From the NCBI GenBank assembly GCA_001687465.1, contig LVLI01000175.1, forward strand, positions 62,001-126,000: 64,000 nt of DNA, in the 5' to 3' direction. Positions 53,582 to 64,000 of the stretch are shown piece after piece. The translations under genes were made by a program, and so were the position numbers. Source of the stretch: Halocafeteria seosinensis. Taxonomy: Eukaryota. Under the pieces are notes generated by a model that was not told where the DNA came from, did no database searches, and saw only the letters and a list, made by a program, of their open reading frames with translations. Position 1 is the stretch's first letter; every line of letters starts with the position of its first letter.

Positions 53582-55446
53582 ATGTCGAAAAGCCTGCCGA
53601 CTGCCCGCTTGGGGTGCTGCAGCTACTGCGCCATTGTAGTGGCTGTACTAGCTGTGTGCATACGCGTTCTAGTCTGGTGGAGAGAGGCACACGGTATCGG
53701 CCGCCCGTGGGCGCTGATCACCTTGCGACCAGATATCTCCAACCCGGGTACTCAATTTGCACGGTATCGCGGATCCGAAAGAACGGAAGATAACTTTATG
53801 CAGTGGTATTACTGCCTCATTCACGATTCGGAGAACCAGCAGTCCTGGAGCTTTGCCATTGGAACGTTTCGAAAGGTGAGTGGAACTGCACCGGCCTGAG
53901 CATTATGTTTGGTCACATGATAACTTTGAGTACAGAGTACCTCTGGTAACCCCGAGGCCGTTGTCTGGCTTAAAACCTCCGTACCGTACACTGAAGGGCG
54001 CAATTTTGCAGAAGTTCTACCAGAGGGTATCCCTTCAAAAGGTGGACTTAGCAGGGATGGAACTCGAAGTTCTGCGGTGAAGAGTAATACTATCGTACAT
54101 GCGTTCCCCGTTGAGAACTTTCACCAGCTTGGAGATATGGATGTCAGCGTGAAAGGAATACCGCAGCCTAAAGATAATGTAACATATTCAAACGAAGTGA
54201 CGCATTCGCTCAAAGCCAATAGTGAAAAAGGGGAGTTTCATTTCCAACTCAATTTCCCGGAAGATGACTCTTCCGTGGATGTCATGTTTCATCGAGTGTA
54301 TGGATTTTACGGTGGAGATCTTGTCAAGAACGGAAGCGAATATGTATCTCCACCGGAAAAAGAGTGCAACATTGAAAACATACCTTACGGCTATGACAGC
54401 GAGGTTTCTGGGACGATCACGATTAATAATCGCGTATACACCTTTGACCAATCACCCCGCTTTCGTGGGTACATCGAATCGACATGGAGCTGCATGTACG
54501 TAGCGACATCTATTATGAAGTTAGAATGTTGTGCTTGCTATATTTCGATAATGACAACGCGCAGGTATCCTCAAGGAAAAGGCGAAGTGGACTATAATGG
54601 TGAGTCTTCCTATATATCAATTCTGGTAGAGGGTCAGTCGGTTAACATCGGTTCGGTAATAATTTCGCAGGCGATTTCCCTTGGAAATGGCAGTGGCTAG
54701 TAGTTCCTTCCAGTGAACGAAGTGAATTTGGTAAACCCAATGACATTGGACTGCTATTTGGGTGGGCCAGACTGTTTCATCCACCAATTGGTGGCAGCGT
54801 GACGGCGGCTTACATAACGGTGGATAGCCCAAACTTACACATTAGCGCCAAGACGGCAAAGTTGTTTGCAACACCGAATGATTCTATGCCATTACCCGTT
54901 GATCTGGAGCATTCGACAACCGCTCGAGAAAAGTCTTTGATATCGTTTGAAACTACTCACAAAGATTGGGATAGTTCTTTTGAAGACGAGTTTGGATCAG
55001 CACCGATACCAAAATACCAGTCGATTTACTTGGAGACTGAGGAGCACGTTGTTACAGTTAACTATTTTTCAAACATTGGATCATATGTGCGAATCCCAGT
55101 TGCATACAGAGATACGAATAACAAGGAGAGGATTTGTAGCGATTTTCGTGGAACTGGAGGTCGAACTCGACTGACTATCTTTGCAAAGACAATGGTGCCG
55201 GCATCTGAACAGCGGAATTCCCGTCCCTTACAGTGTAACGCTCCTATTTATAAAGCAATCGGAAGGAAAGAAGAGCATGACAAATCTACTGCAGAGGATA
55301 TGCGGATGCTAGCTGGCAATAGTACGCTTTTCCATCGCTCTTGCTGGGATTCGGAGAAATTGCAGAAGCTTGAGATTATATTCGACGGTGAAGTACCGCA
55401 CAATTCCATAGAATTTTCTTATCATGCAGAGATTGATGAGCAATAA
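53582..55446 (+). CDS. Membrane-anchored tocopherol-cyclase/CrtC-like beta-barrel protein
   Basis: RYRG...NFMQWYY, GTITINNRVYTF, GYIESTWS..YP...PWKWQW resemble the FFEGWY and YxEKNWGxxFPxxWxW motifs of tocopherol-cyclase-like proteins. Confidence 0.55.
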
Positions 55447-55451
55447 TACAA

Positions 55452-58035
55452 TCACTCAGCACTGCGGCTACATTCCGATACGTCGGTGTATACACCCCAT
55501 ATATCCGTATCCCAAACCAGCTGCTCCGCACACAGTTTCCTGACAAGCTCCGGAACCTTGTTTATGCTAACTACGACTTGATTTGTTGAATCCCGCTCAC
55601 GCAATGTTACGCTTACGTCATCTTTTTCTTCAATCTTTGAGTTTTCGTATTCTTTCTGGGTGAGGAAATCCACGGTTATAGCAAAAGGTATACCAATTTC
55701 GTCCATTCGAGCATAACGACGGCCGATGGCTGCATTGCTATCATCCATTGTATTGGAAATGCCCAGATCTGCTAGCCTGGATGTCAGCAGATTGAGGCAC
55801 TCCTTGTTGATCAGGTTGCTCAGTGGCAAGACAGCAACTTTGGTGGGGGCAACGGCAGGAGGGAAAGAGAAGTACGTCCGCTGTTCATCATCGGGGCGAA
55901 CCTTGAACGTATGCTGGAAAACTGCCTCCATTAAGCGCCCCACACCGAATGACGGTTCGATCACACTGGGGGTGTACTTCTCGTCATGGAATGTCTTCTC
56001 CACAAACTTAAACTCAACCATGTCTGAGGTAATGTCAAACGTTTGAGTGGCGTCCTCGGGATTCTTTAGAGTCGCCTTTCCGCTAGATTCGAGCTCTTTC
56101 TGGAAAGCAACCGCGGCCTCCTCTGATTCGCTAAGTTCGTTCAGCAGCTTCTGTACTATTTTGCTGTCCTTCTTGAAGGTGACTCCCACAGCCCTTTTAT
56201 TAATGTTCATATCCAGAACTTCTCGAGTTTGAGGTGGATTCAGCTTTCGTGAGGCCTTCATCTCAATGTTGTTGGCTTTAGCATGCGAAGTCAGATCAAA
56301 GCAAGCTCTATCAGCATGGCCTACGCATTCGACCCACCCAGAGGCCAACAGTATTTCAGCGTCCCAACAATCACAAGCATAATGAGCCATCTCGGTGCTT
56401 AAGTGTTGCCGGAAACGAAGCCCAGAAGGATCGATGCCAATCCTTGCGAGGAACAAATGCGTTCTTCCAATGAAGTATCCTAGAGTCTCGTTATCGATTA
56501 TACCTTTCTTTAAAGCATCGCCAATAGTCATCTCAATCGTCTTGCCATCCCCCAATTGATTCTCACGTGGAAATAGAATCACTTTCAGTTCAGCCACCTC
56601 AGAAATCTTAGGATGTGTCTTCTCCTGAGGGTGTACAAAATGTTCAATTTCAGCCATTGAGAACTCTCGAACGCGCAGTAGCCCATTCCGAGGAGCAATT
56701 TCATTCCTGTAAGCAGTGCCCACTTGTGCTGCTGCGAACGGCATTCTTCCATTGTTGTAAGAAAGCAGTCTTGGGAAATTGACGAAGATGCCTTGAGCTG
56801 TCTCTGGTCGTAAGTAGCCAGGGTGATCACCTCCAGGGCCAATTGTAGTGGCAAACATAAGATTGAAGGGGAAAGGGTCACTCAGCTCGTTTCCAATGGG
56901 GCTCTTAATTGAGAGTTCCGAAAGCACTTCCTTGATTTCTTCTGCGGAGTAACTATCTGCCTTGGCTTTGATTCGCTTGAGCTCTTCGAGGCGGCTTTCA
57001 TCAAACAACGGCCCCTGCATAAAAGTCATAAGATTGTTCAACGCTACCTTATCAGCATCAATCAGAAGGACAAGACGGGGACATACATGTTTACCGCTAT
57101 GCTGCTCAAACAAATTGTCGATATGGTCCTCCAACAATTTGTCCGCCCTATAGCATTCTCCTGTCTTGACGTCTTTGACCTGCAAAAGCGGTTAAGATTT
57201 CGGTGAACTGTGCTATCTGGTTCCGTAAATAAGCCGATGTAACGCACCATTAGATCAACAAACTTATCAACGTGACCAGAAGTCCGGAGAACAGGTTCCG
57301 TCGTCAAGGTAGTTGCTTCAAGTTGCAACATGTTTTCTCGCAGTACAAAGTGGCGTCTCCATACGTCCAGCATATTTTCCTTGAAAGCTGCTCCTGGTGG
57401 GCCGAGATCATACAAACCCGAAACTCCACCGTAAATCTGCATCAATGGAATTCACTCTAATGAGAGTCCAATTGGCGATTCCACACTTGTTAGACTTACC
57501 TCGAACGATGGAACCACAAACATGCGCCGCAGCAAGGCGTCGTCAAGCGCTCGCTTGTCCACCTTCCACTTGGGCACCTGTAATACAGTTTAGAAAAATC
57601 AAGCAATAAAGGACGCATCTTGAGGAGAAGCAGTATAGCCTTACCATATCTTCGCCAACTTCGACTTCGGCCAATTTAGCTCGAAGGGCCTTAAGTTTTT
57701 CGACTTCCTCTCCTACATTCTGTATCACAATAACAGGGAACATGAAGCTAATTCTTTTATACATATTTCCACAAATATATAGGACCTACTTGGTTTCCTT
57801 CGGCCTTCATACGCCTGATTTCTCCAGCTTGTTTGGTAATCTCAGCGCGAAGCGCTGAGACGTCCACTTCCCCCTTGTTGTCCGTACTGGAAGCCATGGT
57901 TACGCTAGACTGAATATTCCTCCCGTTTGGACACTTGAATACCGTCTGAAAAGGACGACGCGAAAATTGAGAAAACCGTGTACAATTATGCTTGAATAAT
58001 CCTTGTCTCAATACGGCCGTAAGGCTTGCATACAT
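55452..58035 (-). CDS. GARS1: Glycyl-tRNA synthetase (eukaryotic homodimeric type, WHEP domain, N-terminal presequence)
   Basis: [73 protein letters not shown]. Confidence 0.97.
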
Positions 58036-58349
58036 GCTCCTACTACCTCAACCACTACCTCCTGGGGTCTTTTCTATTACCAGTACCCACCAGCAATAAA
58101 GCACAAAGTACTAACACTATCGATCATGTCGGGAAGGAGGAGATAAACAACACTGAGGAGATGAATGTGAACGAACTTTTGGAGTCACACTCCTCGTCCT
58201 TGAGGCTCTTTATACACGTTGTATTATATGCATTGAGACCCCAGTGTTTGATACATACATATATATTGATCTCTATCTTTATCTTGTGTTGGCATTGGTT
58301 GTTGAACGTATTCGGTATAGACAACAGGAGGGGGAAAAAGGGCACCATC

Positions 58350-59077
58350 ATGTCGCGCCCCGTGAGCTTGAGTGGAAAGCCTAAACAAGGCCCCAAGCAC
58401 CAGAATACGACGGCATTTCGTCACAATAAGAACTCCAAAAAGAGTGAATGGATCATGTCTATCCCGCTGACGAACGTCTGTGATCGCTGCCGGGATCAGC
58501 TGCAATGGAGAAAGAACTACAGGAAGTATAAACCCTTAACACAACCAAAGCGATGGTAGGTTTATTATGTGCGCTATATTGGGTGGGAAGCAGTTTCATC
58601 TCAATTTCTTCGGACTTCTGATAGTGCAGTCGTAGATGTAATGAACGGAATGTAAAGCAAGCCTACCACATCATCTGCCGTGACTGTGTGCTCAAGTACA
58701 AATGTTGCGGGAAGTGCCTCGATAAATTAGACCCTTCTCAGTTAGAAGGAGGAGAAGGACAGGAGCAGGCCCAAGAAGGGTATTCTCTCGAAGATCTCTT
58801 GGAACGCAAACCGCCTGGAATGAAAGAGCGCGAGCGTCGACGACTAATCCGAGAGCTGAGTGAAAAGGACGGCGGGGATAAAAGCAATGACGACGATAAA
58901 GAAAGCATTGATGAGGATTGGTCTGATGATGATGAAGAAGGAGAGACATTCGACTATCGTACCCGCTTAGACAACCTACAACACGAAGAGGGGGAAAACT
59001 CTCGCGCCCCTCAATCAGCGTCTGCAGGTGCATCATCCGGGGAAGCTGAAGTAGAGGTCGCTGCGAATACCTCATAA
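58350..59077 (+). CDS. DUF2039 / C9orf85-like zinc-binding protein
   Basis: HQNTTAFRHNKNSKK, CDRCRDQLQWRKNYRKYKPL, KQAYHIICRDC, CGKC. Confidence 0.85.
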
Positions 59078-59900
59078 AGAGGAAGAAGTTGGGCTCTGGC
59101 GCTTGTAGAAACAAATCCGTATAGCGCCCCCTAAAACATCAACCGTTACGCCTAAGAGTAGGGGTTTTCAGTCAGCCTACGAAACAAGCGAGTAGATGAA
59201 TGACTAAAGCAACTTCCTGGGGTGGTCGTAGGAATGGAGACAGTACCTGGGTTTAGAATCCATCGCAGCTTAACAACTTTCCCGACGTAACATAACTGGT
59301 TAAAAATAGAGATCTTATTTTTCGAAACTGGAATCATCTGCCGAACGCTGCAACTAAACGCTTGCCTACCTGCGGCTGGCCCTGTACACGGTCGCTGGGC
59401 GTGGGGGCCTCAGCTCAGCCATCGTCGAACATGTCGAAGTATACCGTAGCATCTCGGGTTTGTGTTTTGCAGAATTGTTCCTATTCGGCACCGTTCGCAT
59501 TTTGTAATTTCCCAATGCAACTCCGCAGCTTGTGGATCACCTGGGGCTGTGAGACAAAACGAGTGGGACAGAAGGGCACTCAGGTATTTTCTAAAGTTTT
59601 GCTTATGATATAAGAGAGGATGCGTCACTATGCTTATCGGAGCAAGCTGCTGCGGAGAGTTCGCAATTGGTTCTCACCGGCTCTCAGAGCTTGCCAGGGT
59701 GACCCCGTCGCTCACACTGTGAACCACCCGTGAAGTACTAAATGACTCCAAATCACAGTGAAGTACTGATTGAACTGAGATCCATGGAATTTCAGTTTGG
59801 AAATTCAATTTGGAATGTTACACACGCAAGTCTGTATCGGTCAAAGGAGAAATTAACAAGTTAACCGCAAACAATTTATGTTCTGTTTTGTGACAAAGTG

Positions 59901-61440
59901 ATGGCTTCTCACCGACGTACGTACCAGCACGATGCGGTTTCATCGGCTGTTGATCCAAACACTACGATCGACGAAGAGAGGCTTTCCGGTGCGGGAGAGG
60001 AGGATGACAATAACTTTTCTTCGATCGCGCAACTGTCGAAACAGTTACTGGAAAAAGCAAATACGGACGACGAGTACAAGTACAGAAACAATGACACACA
60101 TCATCAAGATAAAGATGATGCTGATAATGCGTCGTCGTACGTGTTATATCAATTGCTCTTTCTTACTCTGCGATCAAGCGATCAAAATCTGTGTGCAATA
60201 CAGGAAAACGTGCTGTCAGGTTTTGCAAGCGCTCGGTCACTGCATTGGCCAAGGGATTCGGTTCACGTTTTATTCCAAAGAAGGACTTCAACTTGGGGGC
60301 CTCATTGTTTTGCTTATCATCATGGGAATGGCGAATAACTTGGGTGCTAGCCTGATGTCGTACGCTATGCCAGCATACCCATCGTTTCTGTTGTACGGGA
60401 CTACTGCCCTGTACACAGTCTTATTTGGAATCGTTTCCGCGTGTGTTGACGGGAACCCGTTTTCCTCCGTCAACTTAACGTGGTCGCGCCAGAAGGAGTA
60501 CCTCATATTGGGATCCTTGACTGCCGGGAATGGTCTCCTGTTTCAATTCGCTGCGGCCTGGGTCGATGGGGCGACATCCCAAGTTCTCGCGAACGCGCGC
60601 ATCATCCAAGTTCCTCTCTTTGCTCGATGCATCTTAAAGCAGCGGCATTCTTGCAAGGAATACCTTGGTCTTTTCATTGTCTTGGGTGGAATCATTATCG
60701 GTTTTATCCCGATACTTCCTCAGATGGGCAACACACAAAGCGGAGCGCCCACCGAACAAGCCGATGCGTGGTACTGGATTCTGTCATTCTTGTTTTCGAC
60801 AACGTTCTCCGCGGTTGAGCGTGTCTGGCAAGATCGAGCTTTCCACGACACCGGACGCGCGTCTCAGCCCATCAAGGAAGCTGTTTGTCTGTTTTGGTAC
60901 AATTTGTATTCACTGGTGTGGTATGTTTTGGCGATACTGTGTGAGGCTGCCCCCTATCTCAACGGGACTAACGAGGAGATGTCGTTTCGTGAAGCATTCC
61001 GTAACCAGGGAGATGCATTTCGCTGCTTTGCACAAGAGCAACCTCAACACACAGATGGCAAAGACTGTCGCGATGGAGCACTTTTGTGGCCTATTGTATT
61101 TGTCGTAGGATATTGTGGAATGTTTTATGCGAATGCCGTGCTCATTATGCGATACGGGGTGCTGTACGCGGCACTGGTCAGCTCTACCGTGCAGCTGACA
61201 TCGACACTTGCGTTTTCATGGAATGATTTGGTCGGCGATGCTAACACCGTAGCTTTTTCTGTGTACCCTATCATTGGTTGTGTTTGCGTCTTTATCGGAG
61301 TTGCTATCAAAGGCCTGCCCGGGCGTTTGGATGAACAGCAAGCTGAAGTGGAACTTGAGTCCAACATTGAACATACCGGTTCGAAGGCTGAGCAAGTGCT
61401 TGGTCCGTATTCCCCGCTAGAAGAATCAGTATCAGTATGA
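59901..61440 (+). CDS. CRT-like (chloroquine-resistance-transporter family) DMT transporter
   Basis: About 10 TM helices and a Cys-containing loop (GDAFRCF...DCRDGALLWPIVFV) typical of CRT/CLT. One intron ~60137-60203. Confidence 0.75.
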
Positions 61441-62095
61441 TTGATTATCTTTTGCAGCGTGATAATCTAAAATGTAAATCATGATGAATGGCAAACACAA
61501 GTACAGTAAAATACACTACACTACCAAGTAGAATACATTTTCATACCATTTGACTTGCTCAATGGCTGTTTACCTATATCGATGCTTGTCGAAACTGCAG
61601 TGATCGTTGGAAGAGGAAAGAATCGAAACGTGTCATTTTGCAGGTTGCCTCTCAGAGTAAGCACATGAAGGGTCTTGCGAAACACATCTATCGTAAGAAG
61701 ATCAGGTAGGTAATATGTACAACCTTCAACAAGTCAGTGCGGGGTTCGCTTATGACGAGACAGAGGTTTATACACTAGTCACCGTTGATACCACCAGGAG
61801 AGTCACCCAAGAGCCGGTTGCAGTTCGCGGTGCAGAACACTACATTGGCTGCGCGCTCGACTTCGTTGTGAAATGGAAACAACCGTATTCACAGGGAATA
61901 TACCGGGGCACGAAGTACGGCATCATCAACAGATTTCGAATTCTTGGGCCTACATGATTATTATACGCTTTGACGTCTGTATGTAGATGCTCAACCTTTT
62001 TATTAAGGCTTCGCACTGTAGGTTTCCCCTTTTTGTCTTTCGATGTTACCGAACAAGCAACAGCGATTTCGATGCCAATGTGCCACTGCTTGCTA

Positions 62096-62909
62096 TCATG
62101 TGGTTTTTTGCTTTCTCTGATCTCCACCCGCCACGGTAGACCAGAGTGCAGCCCCTTCTCTGCGTATCCCGTCCACACTGCGCTGGACGAAAGATGATTC
62201 AGGATCGAAGTCGTCTTCGAGTAAGTTCTGAGTTTGAGTGTTTCTGTCCGCCAATGAGGCGCGTTCGTTCTGCATTTGGACCTGGCGGAAAAATTGTGCC
62301 GTTTGGGCGCGTATTAATCGACGAACGGCCACTGTCGCTACAAGTATCTCAACAATATAGAAAGCAATTTGAAACCAACCAGCTATCCTGTCAATTGGAA
62401 GTTTCCACCCGATGGATAAGAACGTCAGCACACCCATGAATGGGAAAGTGGGAAATATTGTCAGCATTAGAAACGCTGAAAGCTCAGGGATGCGCTGCTT
62501 TACATTCCCCGAGTACCCTATCCGTAACCTCGCAATCTCTGCTATCGCCCACAGACTAAACAAGCTAGGTTGTACAATCATAGCTGCCGTGGGTCCATCT
62601 TTGAAGACGTTGGACTGCATACGCAACACACGCAAACAATCATCAGTCAACTAGCTCTGAGCTGCATCCGCACGCCGAGGTACTATTCTCACCTTGTACA
62701 CTAGAGACGTAATTATAGTGATCATATAGGCTATAGAATACAGTATGTTGAAATATAGCAGCTGCTGCAGTCTGAAGCTCGAGTAGGAGGGTTGGACTGC
62801 AAGTCATAAATGGTCCATCCCATCATACACAACTTCCAGATACGCATTGTACCAAACATTTGCTTCGTTAGAGTCAACAATTACTAGTGTACGTACCTGA
62901 GAGAGGCAT
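62096..62909 (-). CDS. TMEM17: Ciliary transition-zone protein, TMEM17/216 family
   Basis: SSFRLQQLLYFNILY, EIARLRIGYSGNVKQRIPELSAFLMLTIFP, RAQTAQFF. Confidence 0.85.
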
Positions 62910-63710
62910 GATAAACAGCTACGATGGTAACAATCTAGTCCTCTATCCGCCTCCTGTTGCTCATGCAGACTCCTCACAGACCCGAAATGACAATCACCCG
63001 TTGCGCACTGCCTCTGCTAACCAAATTCGCGACCATGGTACCTTCCATAATGCATCGATACGCGTGAAATAAGGAACTATTGCCTTGCATTTGAATTCCA
63101 GTAACGAAGTCCTTTTGTGAAGCTGTTGCCTCAACTTCAACCATTGACTCCAGGGACACAGCCGCCTCTTGGTGCTCCCCTAGGGGGAAACTACAAAAAG
63201 GGTCCGGGGTGACTGGAGCGTCCCTGCAGAAATCGGAGATAGATATATGGAGAAATCGGAAATGTATGGATAGATGGGATATTTTTCATCAAAGTGCCGG
63301 TTTTATATTTTTCAGGTGAGGCAGACGGAGCGATCAATAGAAGCAATAAAGTGCTCCGACGGGAGGATTGTGGGGACAAACCGAGCTGAATTCTTCGTTT
63401 CTAAGGAATTATTGAGGCATGCATGAGTGGTTCATCACTTGTCGTTTAATTGTACTAGATATCCTTCAAAAAACTTGGTGAGGTTTAGGGAATTGCAAGT
63501 GGAAGGAGCGTCGTTTCTGCTGCCAAAAACAGGGTATTCAGCAATTTTCACGGGGTTGATTTATGGAATCATTCTGCATCATTGTTTGCGGTTCTTGACG
63601 CTTAAATAAGCGTTGGTCAGAGTTCCGTTTTAACCGGAAGAAGGAAGAGGTTTTCTGGTCTACCTGGAAGGCTATTGTCGTTAAAGGATAGTGGAGCCAA
63701 CGCTTGAAGA

Positions 63711-64000
63711 ATGCAGAAGAGAGGCGGTAAGAGTGATAAACGAGGTGGAACTAAAGGCCCCGTGACGTATCATGCAAAGCCGCAGCCTGAGAAACAGGCA
63801 CCACCTCGGAAACAGAATACGGTGTTAACACTGAAGAAAGCAACTGGCGAATCAAGCTGGAGTCCTAAACCTGAAGCAGAAACCGAATCTAAGGAGACGC
63901 AACCACCAGCTCTGTTAAGCGAGCTATTTAAAGCGAGTGGAAACAGTAACCAATCGAAAGCGTCTGGACAAGAGTCATCGGAAAAGGTTGATGCTCCTTC
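63711..64000 (+). CDS. 5' part of an unidentified gene
   Basis: ATG followed by an open hydrophilic frame (MQKRGGKSDK...) to the window end. Confidence 0.5.
   Translation, partial: MQKRGGKSDKRGGTKGPVTYHAKPQPEKQAPPRKQNTVLTLKKATGESSWSPKPEAETESKETQPPALLSELFKASGNSNQSKASGQESSEKVDAP

Noticed and set aside
61715..62090. Short ORFs between the CRT-like gene and TMEM17
   Set aside because: No motifs or convincing gene structure; probably UTR or intergenic.

Overview
Gene-dense nuclear DNA from a compact eukaryotic genome with many short (~55-100 nt) GT-AG introns. It is probably a flagellated protist, since TMEM17 is present. A stramenopile-type lineage is plausible but cannot be established from this window. 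I reconstructed about 29 protein-coding genes by hand splicing; CDS coordinates span first to last codon including introns. Most are housekeeping genes (TYW1, JMJD6, CDC20, oligopeptidase A, PSMB3, THUMPD1, OGFOD1, mitochondrial S16, proline iminopeptidase, NIPA, DENN, asparaginase, GARS, CRT-like, TMEM17). The most unusual element is a kinesin-1-type motor whose tail carries a dysferlin (DysF) domain and ankyrin repeats. An intact, motor-less inverted duplicate of that tail lies ~15 kb away, bracketed by ~70-bp inverted repeats that lead outward into potentially structured non-coding DNA. Other notable items are a mitochondrial Whirly-fold protein, a standalone HPt phosphorelay protein, an anchored tyrosine-kinase-like protein, a tandem SAARP-like surface protein, a PTS1-ending asparaginase and 6- and 15-nt micro-exons. 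All family assignments come from motif recognition by eye, not database searches.
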